From Phoronis australis (taxonomy: Eukaryota > Animalia > Phoronida): a stretch of 64,000 nucleotides of DNA. Numbering within the stretch: position 1 is the stretch's first letter; the number at the start of each line of letters is the position of its first letter. The stretch lies in contig NMRA01000405.1 in NCBI GenBank assembly GCA_002633005.1, positions 249,009 through 313,008 on the forward strand, in the 5' to 3' direction. The notes beneath the pieces were generated by a model. It made no database searches and was not told where the DNA came from. It worked only from the letters and a program-made list of their open reading frames with translations. A program made the position numbers and the translations under genes. Shown piece after piece: positions 39,201 through 49,545 of this stretch.

Positions 39201-42200
39201 GAGGTGGCCCTTATTGATTTAAAGTGTTAAAAATCACCATTTGCTTATCAAAAAAAAAAAACAGAAAAAAAACGAAAAACAAAACCACCAGCCAATCAGC
39301 TGTTATAAAATTAGAACACCCACAAACACTATATAATGATATGTTAATAAGCTGATCTTGAGTTACAAGCACTTACTGGCTGATACATACCACATAGAAT
39401 AGGGATAAACAATGACAGCATTAGTCATCCTCCATTGTGTTTAGTGTGAGAAGTCGTCAGATATTGCTGCTCGTTTTCCCATGGTTTATGGTATAATAAA
39501 TAATGGGGGGGGGGTGTTGCATTCGTGGTGGGTGTGACAATTCATTGTTTGAGCACGCTGTGGCCCTTTGCTTTCCCACGAGACATCCAAGAAGTGTGGA
39601 TATGGCACAAGTTTGTACAATAGTACAAGAAACTAGCGTGTTGGTGGACATGACACACTGGCACTAGATAAGTTCATACGTCTCATTCATGTCTGTGGAG
39701 CTGAAAATTTTTTGTTTTTTTCTTCCTGTTTTATTTTTTTGGGGTTATTGAGTTCATAGTTGTGATATGCAGTGGATTAAAGAAAGGTATGATATTGACA
39801 AAACAAGGTGTATTGTGGTCGGGGGCAGAAATTTTTTCGGACTTATTTTCATTAGGTCACTTTATGTGGCCAAAAGGTGGCGCGTAGACCAGACTTGAAA
39901 TGTTGGTTTAAGATTTACATATATATTTATTCTCATGATTTTATGGGCCCACTGCTAAGTCTGATTGGATTTCTGTGTTTGACCGGCGGTCGCGATGGCT
40001 CAGTGGTTAGAGCGTCTGCACGGATAGCAGAAGGTCCTGGGTTTGGGTATTTGACGGAGGCAAAAATCTTTTCAGATTCATATTCATTAGGTCATGTGAT
40101 GCGGCCAACAGGTGGCGTGCAGACCAAACTTAAAATGTTCGTGATCTGTATTTCCACGCCAGTTTAATATTTACATAATGTATGAAATATTATAAAAATG
40201 GAATAAGCTTTGAGATACCCTAAACTACTGACAATTATGGTGTCCCAAGGTGACGGAGATGAAGACACAGCTGGAGCAAGCTAAAACACAGGATTTTGAG
40301 GGTGAAATGCTGGGAACAACTCTGGCAAGAAAGGCTACAGATAACAAACAGAAGGAAGCGATAAAGAGGCTGGAGAAAGAGAGGAAAGAGGCTCAAGAGG
40401 TAAGTACAAACTGGGCTGGATTGACGGTTTGAATTAAAAGGTAAAATTTGTGTATATTGAACCCCACCGGACTTGGAGTTTTTTTACTAGCGTGACGAAA
40501 TTGTATGTATCTGAAGGGCCAAGTGCATGATCTGGAGAAATCACACTACAGATCCTGGGAAAAATCCCCAGTAGCCAGTGCGAGTATCAAAGTCAGGCAG
40601 TATTTCCCCCGAAATTTGTTTCAAAGTTTGTGTTGACTAACAGTTTTCCTAGATGTAATGCCTTTGGTTCACAATGGTTCCATCCATTTCATTATCAGAA
40701 TGTGTATTACTTGTAATGAAACACCACTTGGTAAAGGGCGACACTGTGTCAAATTTAATTTACTGTTTCATTTTTTCCCGTGTGTTAAAGAAAGCCCAGA
40801 ACGATTTGAAGGCTTTAGAGGAGGAGCACTTGTCAGTGAAGGAAAAGTTAAGTGCATCCAAGGCTCGCAATAAAGTGCTGTCAAATGAAGTCAAATCACT
40901 AAAACAACATGTACAGCGGTTAATGGAGAAGAGTCAACATGATGACCAACTGATAGATGCACTCATGGTATGTGACTTGAGGATAGGTGTGTCTAGATAG
41001 ATGCACTCATGGTATGTGACTTGAGGATAGGTGTGTCTAGATAGATGCACTCATGGTATGTGACTTGAGGATAGGTGTGTCTAGATAGACGCACTCATGG
41101 TATGTGACTTGAGGATAGGTGTGTCTAGATAGATGCACTCATGGTATGTGACTTGAGGATAGTTGTGTCTAGATAGATGCACTCATGGTATGTGACTTGA
41201 GAAAAAAATGTACAAATCTGGCTAACTTTGGATCATCATATCTCAAATGAAACTTTCATTTACTACGCTTGGGGTGCTGTTCTCCAAAATGCTGTTGGGA
41301 ATTGTTTTTGCATGATGGGCTATCCAAAATGGGACTTTTAGTTTTTTCAGTGGTTTAAATTGGAATTTGCAGGCTAATTCCTTATCTCTGTGATTGCTTG
41401 GCCAAATTAGTTAGAAACACAACATATAGCGACGATGTGAATATGAAGTAGGTTGAAAATTGTGAAATTTTTTTAAGAATGAGTTTTGTGGCAAAAATGA
41501 TCCGCTGCAAGTCACTGAGCCATGTCCAGTAAGTATCGGACGTGGTGCTGGGGAATAACATTACATGATGCAGGCTATGGGAGCCCCCGAGTCACCTATT
41601 CGCAAATTTTTCTCACATTTACAATTTGTCAGTTAGTGTAGATTATGTTGAAATATCATTGTCGTTTAGATCCTGCTATACATCAGCATAGTTAGGAGCA
41701 TGCAAGTACATCAGTTCTTTAAGGTCATGTAGGACCTTAGAAGTTTGTCCAAATCTGGCTAACCTTGAAACATTGTCTCTCAGCAATGGGTGATTGAACT
41801 CATGAAAATTTCACATACTATACTTTAGGTACTGTTCTCTAAAAATGCAGCCAAGAATTGTTTTTGTAAGTTTCCACTGGTGCATAAGGGGCTATCAAAA
41901 ATAGAACATATGACTTTTATGAAACAAAAATAGAAAAAGATCCATTTGTGATGTTGAATTGATGTCCAGAACCTATTCATCAATGGCACTCTGCCCAAAG
42001 AAATTTGTGTAAAATTACGAGTGCTAACATTGTCCATAAAAACAACTTTTATTTATATCACCTTATTGAGGATGGCGTCTCATCAGGTGTTAAAGTTCAT
42101 CTTGGTACAAACATGATACTTTCGCCACATGCAAGTTATACCTAGTGTGTTAGCTCTCATCAAAACTGGACAAAATATTCTATTGTTAGCCATGCCAGTG

Positions 42201-45200
42201 ACACCTATTGGAGAATTACATTAGGAAGTACACATGCATTAGTCTTCATAATGAAGAGGTCAGACGTTAAAACATAGCATAGCTTCACCTTTCAGATGTC
42301 TTGTTTCTAGAAAATCGCCCCTTGACTACCTGAGGGTGATTTGGCTTATCCTATTGTCTGCTCTCAGAAACAGAGAGGCCAGAGGTTAAAACAGCATTGT
42401 ACAGCTCCACCTTTCAGCTGTCTTGTTGCTAGAAAATCCCCTATTGACCACTTGAGGGTGATTTGACTTTTTTCCATGCTATTGTCTGCTATCAGAAACA
42501 GAGAGGTCGGAGGTTAAAGCATAGCATTGTACAGCTCCACCTGTAGGTGTCTTGCTTAATCTAGAATTTCCCATTCATCTGTGATGTTTGTCCAATCTTC
42601 TCGTGTTACTCAGAAACAGCAGACCAAACTGAAGTCGATGGTGGACGAAAGTGCCAACAAAGTCAAGATGGCTGAAAAGGATGAGAAAGACAAAGTGCGC
42701 CACCTAGCAGCCAAAGTTCAGCAGGACACCAATGTGACAGAACAACTACGCTCCATCGTGCAGGAGAAAGAGGCTCTGGTGAAGAGCCTTGAAGAGGAGA
42801 TACAAGCCATGAGGCAGATGGTGAGTAAGAAAGCAGTGAAGTGGTCAAGTGTATTGTATAATAATCTAAATATTTAAGTCATCATTTCTATTGATATACT
42901 TTGTGTTCCTTTTTGTATCGTGGTTACTCATGATTCGCCTTGGGATGTAATTCAGATTTTTGGTGCTGGTCTATGGCTTGGCATTTTCACGTTGTGAACT
43001 TTCTTACTGGTAAGAACAGACCAGAGATGAGTAATCAAGTGGGTTTATATCATACTTTACCAGGGTCCAAGCACACCATAGGGGAAAGCTGTCTGTCTCC
43101 TGTGAGGAAAACTTTTTCGGGTGAGGGAAATTCCCCTCTCCCCACCTGGTCACCACCAACTCCACTCCTCCCTCCACCCCTATGGTCTCCATCCCTCATT
43201 GACTTTGTCTCAAGCAGCCAAAACTAAAGATATGTTAAAATGTGTTTCGAAGCAACTGTAAAGTGATGATTTTTGCCGGTAATGAAACCTTCAGAGGTGT
43301 GTGAATTGAAAGTTATTTTAACCTTGAGCAGAATTGTTAAAACGTTAATATTGGGCCTGATGAGGGGAATTTTGTTTTCAGAGGTGAATGGGGCCGATAT
43401 TTTTTGTCCCGAAGTCGAGGCAGTAAAGGAACTGTTAGCTCTTCCATGGGGAAGCCACGAGTCGACTATGTTACTGTTGGCAACATTGTTGTGTATTGTT
43501 GACTTTCTTTGTAGAACTTGCAAAAATCTCAGGTCGAAGCGGCAAACTCTTTGTTTGAGCGTGTTGCATCACGAACAACAAGTCGTCATGGCAAGACAAG
43601 TCCCAGTGGATCGCCAAACCCAGTATCTAGGTGACCATTGCATTATTATTATTATTATTATTGTTATTGTTATTAAATCAACACCTTCCAATTTCATCCT
43701 TTTGGAAGATTGTTCTCAACAAAAGACTAATGGAAAATGGAAAGTTACATTATGAAAATTATTTGAAAAAAGTACAGTAATGATATCAATTTCCTGTTAT
43801 GGAGCAAACTTGTGTTCTAAAGCTTCACAATCTTTTGTGATTTAAAAAAATCATTTTCACAAATAATTGAAATAATGTCATAATGATGATTATCTCACAA
43901 AATGTTTCTAGGTTAAGCATGCGTAGTGTGTCTCGCCAGAGTGCAATATTGGATGGTGATTCAACGGATCGCCCGTCATCAAGGTGGGGCACAACAACGA
44001 TGGAAAATGGCTTAAGCAAGGGGTGCGTTGTTTTTTGCCTTATTTAAGACCATTGGTTCATTGTTGATACAGGTTCATTAGCCACTAATGTGAATTTTCA
44101 TGACTTAAAAGTCATTTTGATTGATTCGCAAAAGGCATTTGATGCTTTCAATTATGTGTTTCAGGTCAGCTACAGACAGAGAAGCTCTGGCTGACCTCCA
44201 GTCCCAGGTGCAAGAGTTCAAGTCGCTGTCACAAGCTTCTGAAGTTGAGCGTGACAAGTTACTGGAGCTGGTGCAAGTTTTACAAAAGAGGTATTGATGC
44301 ACAGTTAGTTAATAAATTTGCTTTCGGATTGGACAACAGGAGTCACCTCTCGTGAAAAGTTGTTGACGATAGAAATTGAAGTCAGAAAACTTTAATTCGA
44401 AATGTCGGCTACTGAGCAACATGCTTGCACCCACAAACATTTGTTGTGTTAAATAGCTTTCAAAACTTAAAGCTTTCATTCAATGGATTTTTGATATTTT
44501 AGATGTATTGCGCTTAGCCTATCGAAATAGGCCAAGCAACAGTTATGCAACACAAGAAAACACAATTTAATTACTCAGCTGTAAGCACGCCAGATGATAT
44601 TGGAAGTAACCTGTTTGTGCAAAATTGCATCATTGCGAGAACACAGAAAAGATAACAAAATGTCTCGACATTGTAAAATCGAAAAGGGTCTGTGGTGAAG
44701 TAGACAAAAGTCAGTGAGCCTAACTGCTCATTGCTTTGGCAATTTCTGACATTGGTGTGCTCAGAGTCGTGTTCAAATCATATTTAAGAACCGAATTCAT
44801 ATTTGTTACCACTCACAATAGGCTTTAACACACTATTGGACACATCGCATTTGCTCTCTTCATGTCCTTTGGTCCTCTACAAATAGAAAACTATTCAAAA
44901 TAAATCCGGTAACCCAGTGAGATGTGCTATGCCCTAGCTCTCTCTCGGTAAGACATCCCGTCACTTCTCTTCAACAGAAATGATGAGGCGACCCAGAGAG
45001 CTCAGGAAGCCACCGTGGATTTATCTGCCCAGAAGAAGAAAGTAGTTCTTCTTGAAAAACAACTAGGCAAAGCAAAACTCGAAATGGGCCAGTCACTAGC
45101 AAAATCTGGTAAGTGCTTTTTCAGTAACTTGTAAATTGTCCTCCGTGTGCAAACTCTGTCGACTTCACTATTCAGGTTAACTATAGCTGTTGTTTCCATA

Positions 45201-48200
45201 TTTAAAGAAAAAGATGTCAACGCCTTTATAGAAGGAAGTTACATACATTTTAAGCACTGTACAATCTCAAAAAGATGACTAATTTCTTTTTTTACAACTT
45301 TGTGTTTTTGTTTGCCTGCATTGAAGGAATCCAAATAAGAATTGACAAGCATATTTTGAAACTTGAAACATCAGATTTAACAATTTTTATGATTGAGAAG
45401 TGATTTAGTGATGCACAAGTACTTGCAAATTTTGTCATTGATCGAGAAAGATTCAGACATTGTAGCATAATGTACTTGATTTTAGTAGACCCACGTGGAT
45501 GTAAACTTTTGGATAACATGAAAGACGAATACGTTTTGAGAAGTTTGACTCAGGTAACAAGTGCACCTACTGAATCAAGTCTGAGACTTGCCTTGTCAAA
45601 ATTGTCTGCTAAATGTCCACAGTTTTTGTAAGTGTTAGCTAACGGTGCCATTGTTACGAAAACAGTCTGTGCTATTTATGTGCAAGCTTGTTAATTTGAT
45701 TGGATTCGTAGGTGTTAAAAAGGTGCGTGGCAAGACCATGGATGAAGATATGCTGAATGAGAACAGTAACAACTCTACAAATATAGAGGAAATTGAAACA
45801 AGGTCTGTTGGTCTTTTGTTTGTTTATACAGAGTGTCCCGAAAAGAAAGTCCGAGGGCTTAATTTTTGTTTACAAGCTGTCCCAAAAAGAAAGTCCAACT
45901 CCTATGTTGTGATAACTTGTGTCAAACTTATTAATTGTGTGTTCCAATTTCCTTAAAATAAAAGGGACTATCACCTTTTTTGTAAGGAATTTTTGGTTAT
46001 TTAGGCATGTATCATTGAACATATTGATAATAAGACCTGTATGCTAGACTGAATATTTACCTATTTCTAATGCCTCAGACTGGAGACCTCTCGCCTCCTT
46101 CAGTGGGTTGATGTAAAATGCTAGTGGCGGGCTCTCGATCCATGCTGAGGACATTTTGTATCTGGTGCCACCTAGCTTGTTAAGGGAATGTCTTAAGGCT
46201 TGAATCTTAATACCCTCTTGTACTTGTCCCTCAAATTGGTTCTTTTCTGTGCCCAAGGTCTTAATGTTTTCACTGCCAATCTCATGTCCCAAGTCATGTA
46301 AGTGGTTGTTCGGAGAAGATGAAATACCTTCCCCCACAGCTATGTCGATACATGCGTTTCTTGAGGGGTTGTCAATCTTACCAACCTGGCACTGGTCACA
46401 TCGTTCTCCCTCGCAATCAATACTGTAAACTTTACCATAAGTGCAATCTTTCTCCTGTCTGTCTTTTGGATGCACCAAGAGTTGTCTGAACGTTTTTGAG
46501 TGATTTCCCCCAAGTTTTGTTCATGCTTGCATGGACAAGCTCAATTGCTTGGCAGCCAAACATACTGTACATGTCAACTGGGTCAAAGCTCAAGTTGGCA
46601 TTGGTGTAAATGAATCTGCTAATTACCTGGCAAATCAAGGAGCAAGTGCATTCTGTTATGCACCATAAACCTGCCCATCAGTCCCATAAAACTGTTGAAG
46701 GGCAAATGTACAAACAGTGATGTTGTCAGCAGATGCAAGGAAGATGGGCTCCAACTGCAGACAGAACTTATTTTTCCAAGTCCTATCGAGCCAAGAAGTT
46801 CCAACGACCCTTATGCTTAGATAGACTGGCTATTTGGCAAGTGATTCAAGTAGTTACTGGGCACTGCAACTTAGCTCGGCACTGAAACATCATATATCAT
46901 GTGTCCTGTTCAAACTGCCATAAGTGTTGCTTGGAAGACTCCCCAACATTTAATGGAAAATTTCCCTGCTTATCAGGCTCTTCGCAATTTTCTAGATGTA
47001 CACGCAACTAGCCCGGTAGGTTCAGTATAAAGGCTTTCTCTAGTAGTCTCCTAAGAACAATGAGAAGACTAGAATACTTTACTCATGGGGAACCTGATGC
47101 TGAGGGATCCCCTTGATTCATTTTCAGATGATTAGTGCAGTAGCCTGAACTGTGGCCTATGCATGCCAGGTGCAGTGCAAAGGCATCAGGCCACCTGCCT
47201 ATATTTTTACAGGTGTTGAATGGTGTTGCATATGATACAGATTTCTGAAACTAGAACATTACAAATAAAACGTTTTAAATTTATGCTCGTTTCAATCTGA
47301 CTATAAATAATCGGAATCTTGGGCTATTTGTCATCAATAGTTTCTGTTATCTTGAGTCATCAAAAGTCTTGTAAAGAACCCATGCAATACCTAAATTTCT
47401 GCATTTTTTGAACTCTTGTATTCACAAGAATATATCTTCTTGTTGCTTATTGGCCAGTCTTATCACCCAATCAACACTGATCAGTGATCAGAATGGCTGA
47501 AACTTTGAGAATTTCGTTTGATGCTTTACTCATTCTGATCTTAAGCGCATGCAAGGTTGTAAATAGGCTGCAAGTGCATGGACTTGGAGGACTCTCTGCT
47601 ATAAGGGCGTTACCCTTGCTTGAACAAACTTAAAGGAGTGTTATGCCTTGTTTAGCTTACTAAAAAACGAAACTCAAGTTAGGCCTTCTACGCTCTTAAA
47701 ATGGTCTCATATTCCCTACTGTCATAGGATTCTATTCTATTTTCGTTACAAGTCGCAGACGATGCATTATTGCGCCATTTTTCAATTCGCAACTTCAGGC
47801 TTGACCAATCCCAGTAAACACTGCAGCATTTTCTGGAATTGTTGGTCGTTTCCATTTTCTTGTTGGTAACGGAAATAGAATCTTTTCACGGTAAGGAATA
47901 TTACGAGATCGGTTTTATGCGATTGTGATTGGCGCGCCCTCCCTTTATGAATATAGAGTTACAGTTTCGCGCCACTTTCTTAGTAGACTCTTCTTATAGG
48001 GGTGTTCCATTAAGTCACTCATGTTTTAGACTAGTCCTCACGTGCATTTTTTTGGTCTATAAAACGCTGCGCACTAGCAGTTTTTGCGGGCTGTGTGGGG
48101 TCTGAAACCGCTCCAGCTCCAAGTTCTCGTTCATAATGAGTGATGTGTTGTAAGTCTCCTAGTTTCTACTAAAAGTCTACGAGTTGTTCAATAGATTTTG

Positions 48201-48767
48201 ATAAATTCTTTTCCGTCACCACTGCTTGTAATTTACAACGACAATGATAAATTAGAATGTATTTTTAATTTATTCAACTCTCCTTTACTCCTGCTTTTTC
48301 AGTACTTGAACTTCAAAACAAAACAACTGAGCGTCTATCTGTCAGGTCGACACCGGCGGCCATTCACAACACATAAAACACAATTGCTGCATATAACACC
48401 AATGCTACAGGAGTAAAAGGCCAAATTTGATTTTTGTTTTTATAACCAGCTAAACACGGTGAATGGCAACTTTAAAAATAAAATTCCTTTCCCATATCCA
48501 GCTGGAATCTCCTTTTACCCATGATCTGAAATGAAATGCTACTACTCTTCAAGATCCTAGTCCTGTCGAGCATCGCCATTCTTGGATTTTGTTTACCATT
48601 GCAGGCTTGAAATACAAATGGATGAGAATGAAGCCTTAAAAGCCGCATTAGAAAGTACGCTCAAATCCAAGGAAGAGGATCTGAAGATGTATAACGAGAT
48701 GTTGGAGCAAACAAAACGAGTGTTTCTACAAGGAATAAGACAACATAGACAGAATTCAGCTCAGTGA
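33286..48767 (+). CDS. CCDC13: Coiled-coil domain-containing protein 13 (centriolar satellite / ciliary protein), 15 coding exons, ~670-680 aa
   Basis: Exons 33286-33516, 34197-34302, 34815-34954, 37591-37665, 38220-38339, 38953-39057, 40250-40399, 40791-40967, 42614-42820, 43515-43630, 43912-44022 (or -43983), 44165-44290, 44978-45108, 45712-45802, 48605-48767; all GT-AG and phase-consistent. Recognisable CCDC13 blocks DENGRLYKLLSERDFEI, VATRIVELSKK, WRGRAQQVIALQ, KARNKVLSNE, EVERDKLLEL, ENEALKAALESTLKSKEEDL. Confidence 0.93.
33745..33780 (-). ncRNA. Minimal hammerhead-ribozyme-like motif (Penelope-type)
   Basis: Minus strand GC-CTGAAGA-T-GAGAT atgt GTCTC-GAAA-TATC-GC: canonical CUGANGA and GAAA boxes around a 5-bp stem II; stem I only 2 bp. 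Confidence 0.5.
34740..34808. repeat. Tandem repeat, 15 bp x ~4.5, abutting CCDC13 exon 3 acceptor
   Basis: ATTGTAATTACCATC repeated, ending 6 nt before the exon start. Confidence 0.95.
35695..36534. mobile_element. 840-bp non-autonomous DNA transposon (PIF/Harbinger-like)
   Basis: TIRs GGGCTGTTCCAGTAAAATC / GATTTTGCTGGAACAGCCC with G-run/C-run extension; 3-bp TSD GTA (35692-35694, 36535-36537). Confidence 0.8.
36916..37144. repeat. Tandem repeat, 56 bp x 4
   Basis: CTGTGCAGTATGATATATGTCAGATGACTAGGATGACTAGAAAGACTGAAGTCATT at 36916, 36972, 37028 and 37084. Confidence 0.97.
39825..40140 (+). mobile_element. Terminally redundant repeat with an internal tRNA-derived segment
   Basis: tRNA-like GGTCGCGATGGCTCAGTGGTTAGAGCGTCTGCACGGATAGCAGAAGGTCCTGGGTT at 39988-~40045; ~75-bp imperfect direct repeats at 39825-39903 and 40059-40139; related copy at ~49255-49545. 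Confidence 0.7.
40952..41201. repeat. Tandem repeat, 44 bp x ~5.6, containing the CCDC13 exon 8 donor
   Basis: TAGATGCACTCATG|GTATGTGACTTGAGGATAGGTGTGTCTAGA at 40954, 40998, 41042, 41086, 41130 and 41174 (partial). Confidence 0.97.
42255..42620. repeat. Degenerate ~120-128 bp tandem repeat x ~3 ending at the CCDC13 exon 9 acceptor
   Basis: GAGGTTAAA..AGCTCCACCT..TGTCTTG..CTAGAA..TCAGAAACAG recurs; TCAGAAACAG at 42364, 42492 and 42610. Confidence 0.8.
46100..46495 (-). mobile_element. Penelope-like element GIY-YIG endonuclease remnant
   Basis: VHPKD..YGKVYSIDCEGERCDQCQVGK..HLHDLGHEI..IKTLGTEKNQF..EGIKIQ..SLNKLGGTRYKMSSAW follows the Penelope C-terminal consensus. Confidence 0.85.
46540..47060 (+). 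mobile_element. 3' fragment of an RNase H-bearing LINE (LOA/R1/I-like)
   Basis: LAAKHTVHVNWVKAQVGIGVNESANYLANQGA (RNase H end), then VVTGHCNLARH*..CHKCCLEDSP..HLMENFPAYQALR (degenerate CCHC finger). Confidence 0.8.
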
Positions 48768-49254
48768 TTATGTGTTCCAATTAAAACGTGTGGAGTAGTG
48801 ATTTTTACGTCTGTGATACTTTTGTGTGAAAACTATCGTCAGGTGTGTAGAATTTGTTATCTACAGATTTTGTAAAGTGTAGACATGGTTAATGTGTATA
48901 GATTTCCAGCAAAGTTCGTGTAGTTGCCGTAAATCACAGATAATGGTTGCGATGTTACATTGCATGATGCTATGAATATTCACAATTTGCAACACCATTT
49001 GACTCAGGTTTCTAGTGAACTCGTTTGAATATTCAGTATAATATAATTGTGATGGAAGGTTTGGGGTTTATTTTCTGTGGCATAGATGTTGGTAATAGTT
49101 TCATCTTTTGTCACTGATAATTATAGATATTGCGAATGGGGTGGGGTGGGGAGGTGAACATTTGTGCCTGAAGCAGCAGGATGCTGCACTTTCTCAAGCA
49201 AAATTGAATGAAGTGATGTAGGGTCCAACCGGTCAAGGTAAATGTACTTATTCA

Positions 49255-49545
49255 ACAGGTCACTAGATGTGGCCACAGGTGGTGTGCTGACCAAACTTCG
49301 AAATATTTGTGTTACACATATCCATGCCGGTTTAAGATTTATATATTTATATACACAGTGGATTTCATGGTTGAGATGCCCACTGCTAAGTGTGATTGGA
49401 TTTCTGCATTTGACCAGAGGTCCCAATGATTGAGTGGACTAGATCATCTGCACTGTCTTTTAGTAGAAGGTCCCAAGTTCGAGTGCCGATTGGAGCAGGA
49501 ATCTTTTCAGACTTGCATTTATTCGCTCACATTATGTGGCTACAG
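49255..49545 (+). mobile_element. Second copy of the tRNA-containing terminally redundant repeat
   Basis: Same order as 39825-40140: ATGTGGCCAC.GGTGG..GACCAAACTT..CCACTGCTAAGT.TGATTGGATTTCTG..TTTGACC, tRNA-like block with GTTCGAGT, AATCTTTTCAGA..ATGTGGC. Confidence 0.7.

Noticed and set aside
39988-40060. Functional tRNA gene
   Set aside because: No acceptor-stem pairing, broken T-loop (GGTTTGGG), C instead of U before the anticodon; embedded in a repeat.
46040-46110. Hammerhead motif downstream of the Penelope GIY-YIG fragment
   Set aside because: CTGAAGGAG is present on the minus strand, but no stem II closed by GAAA could be formed.
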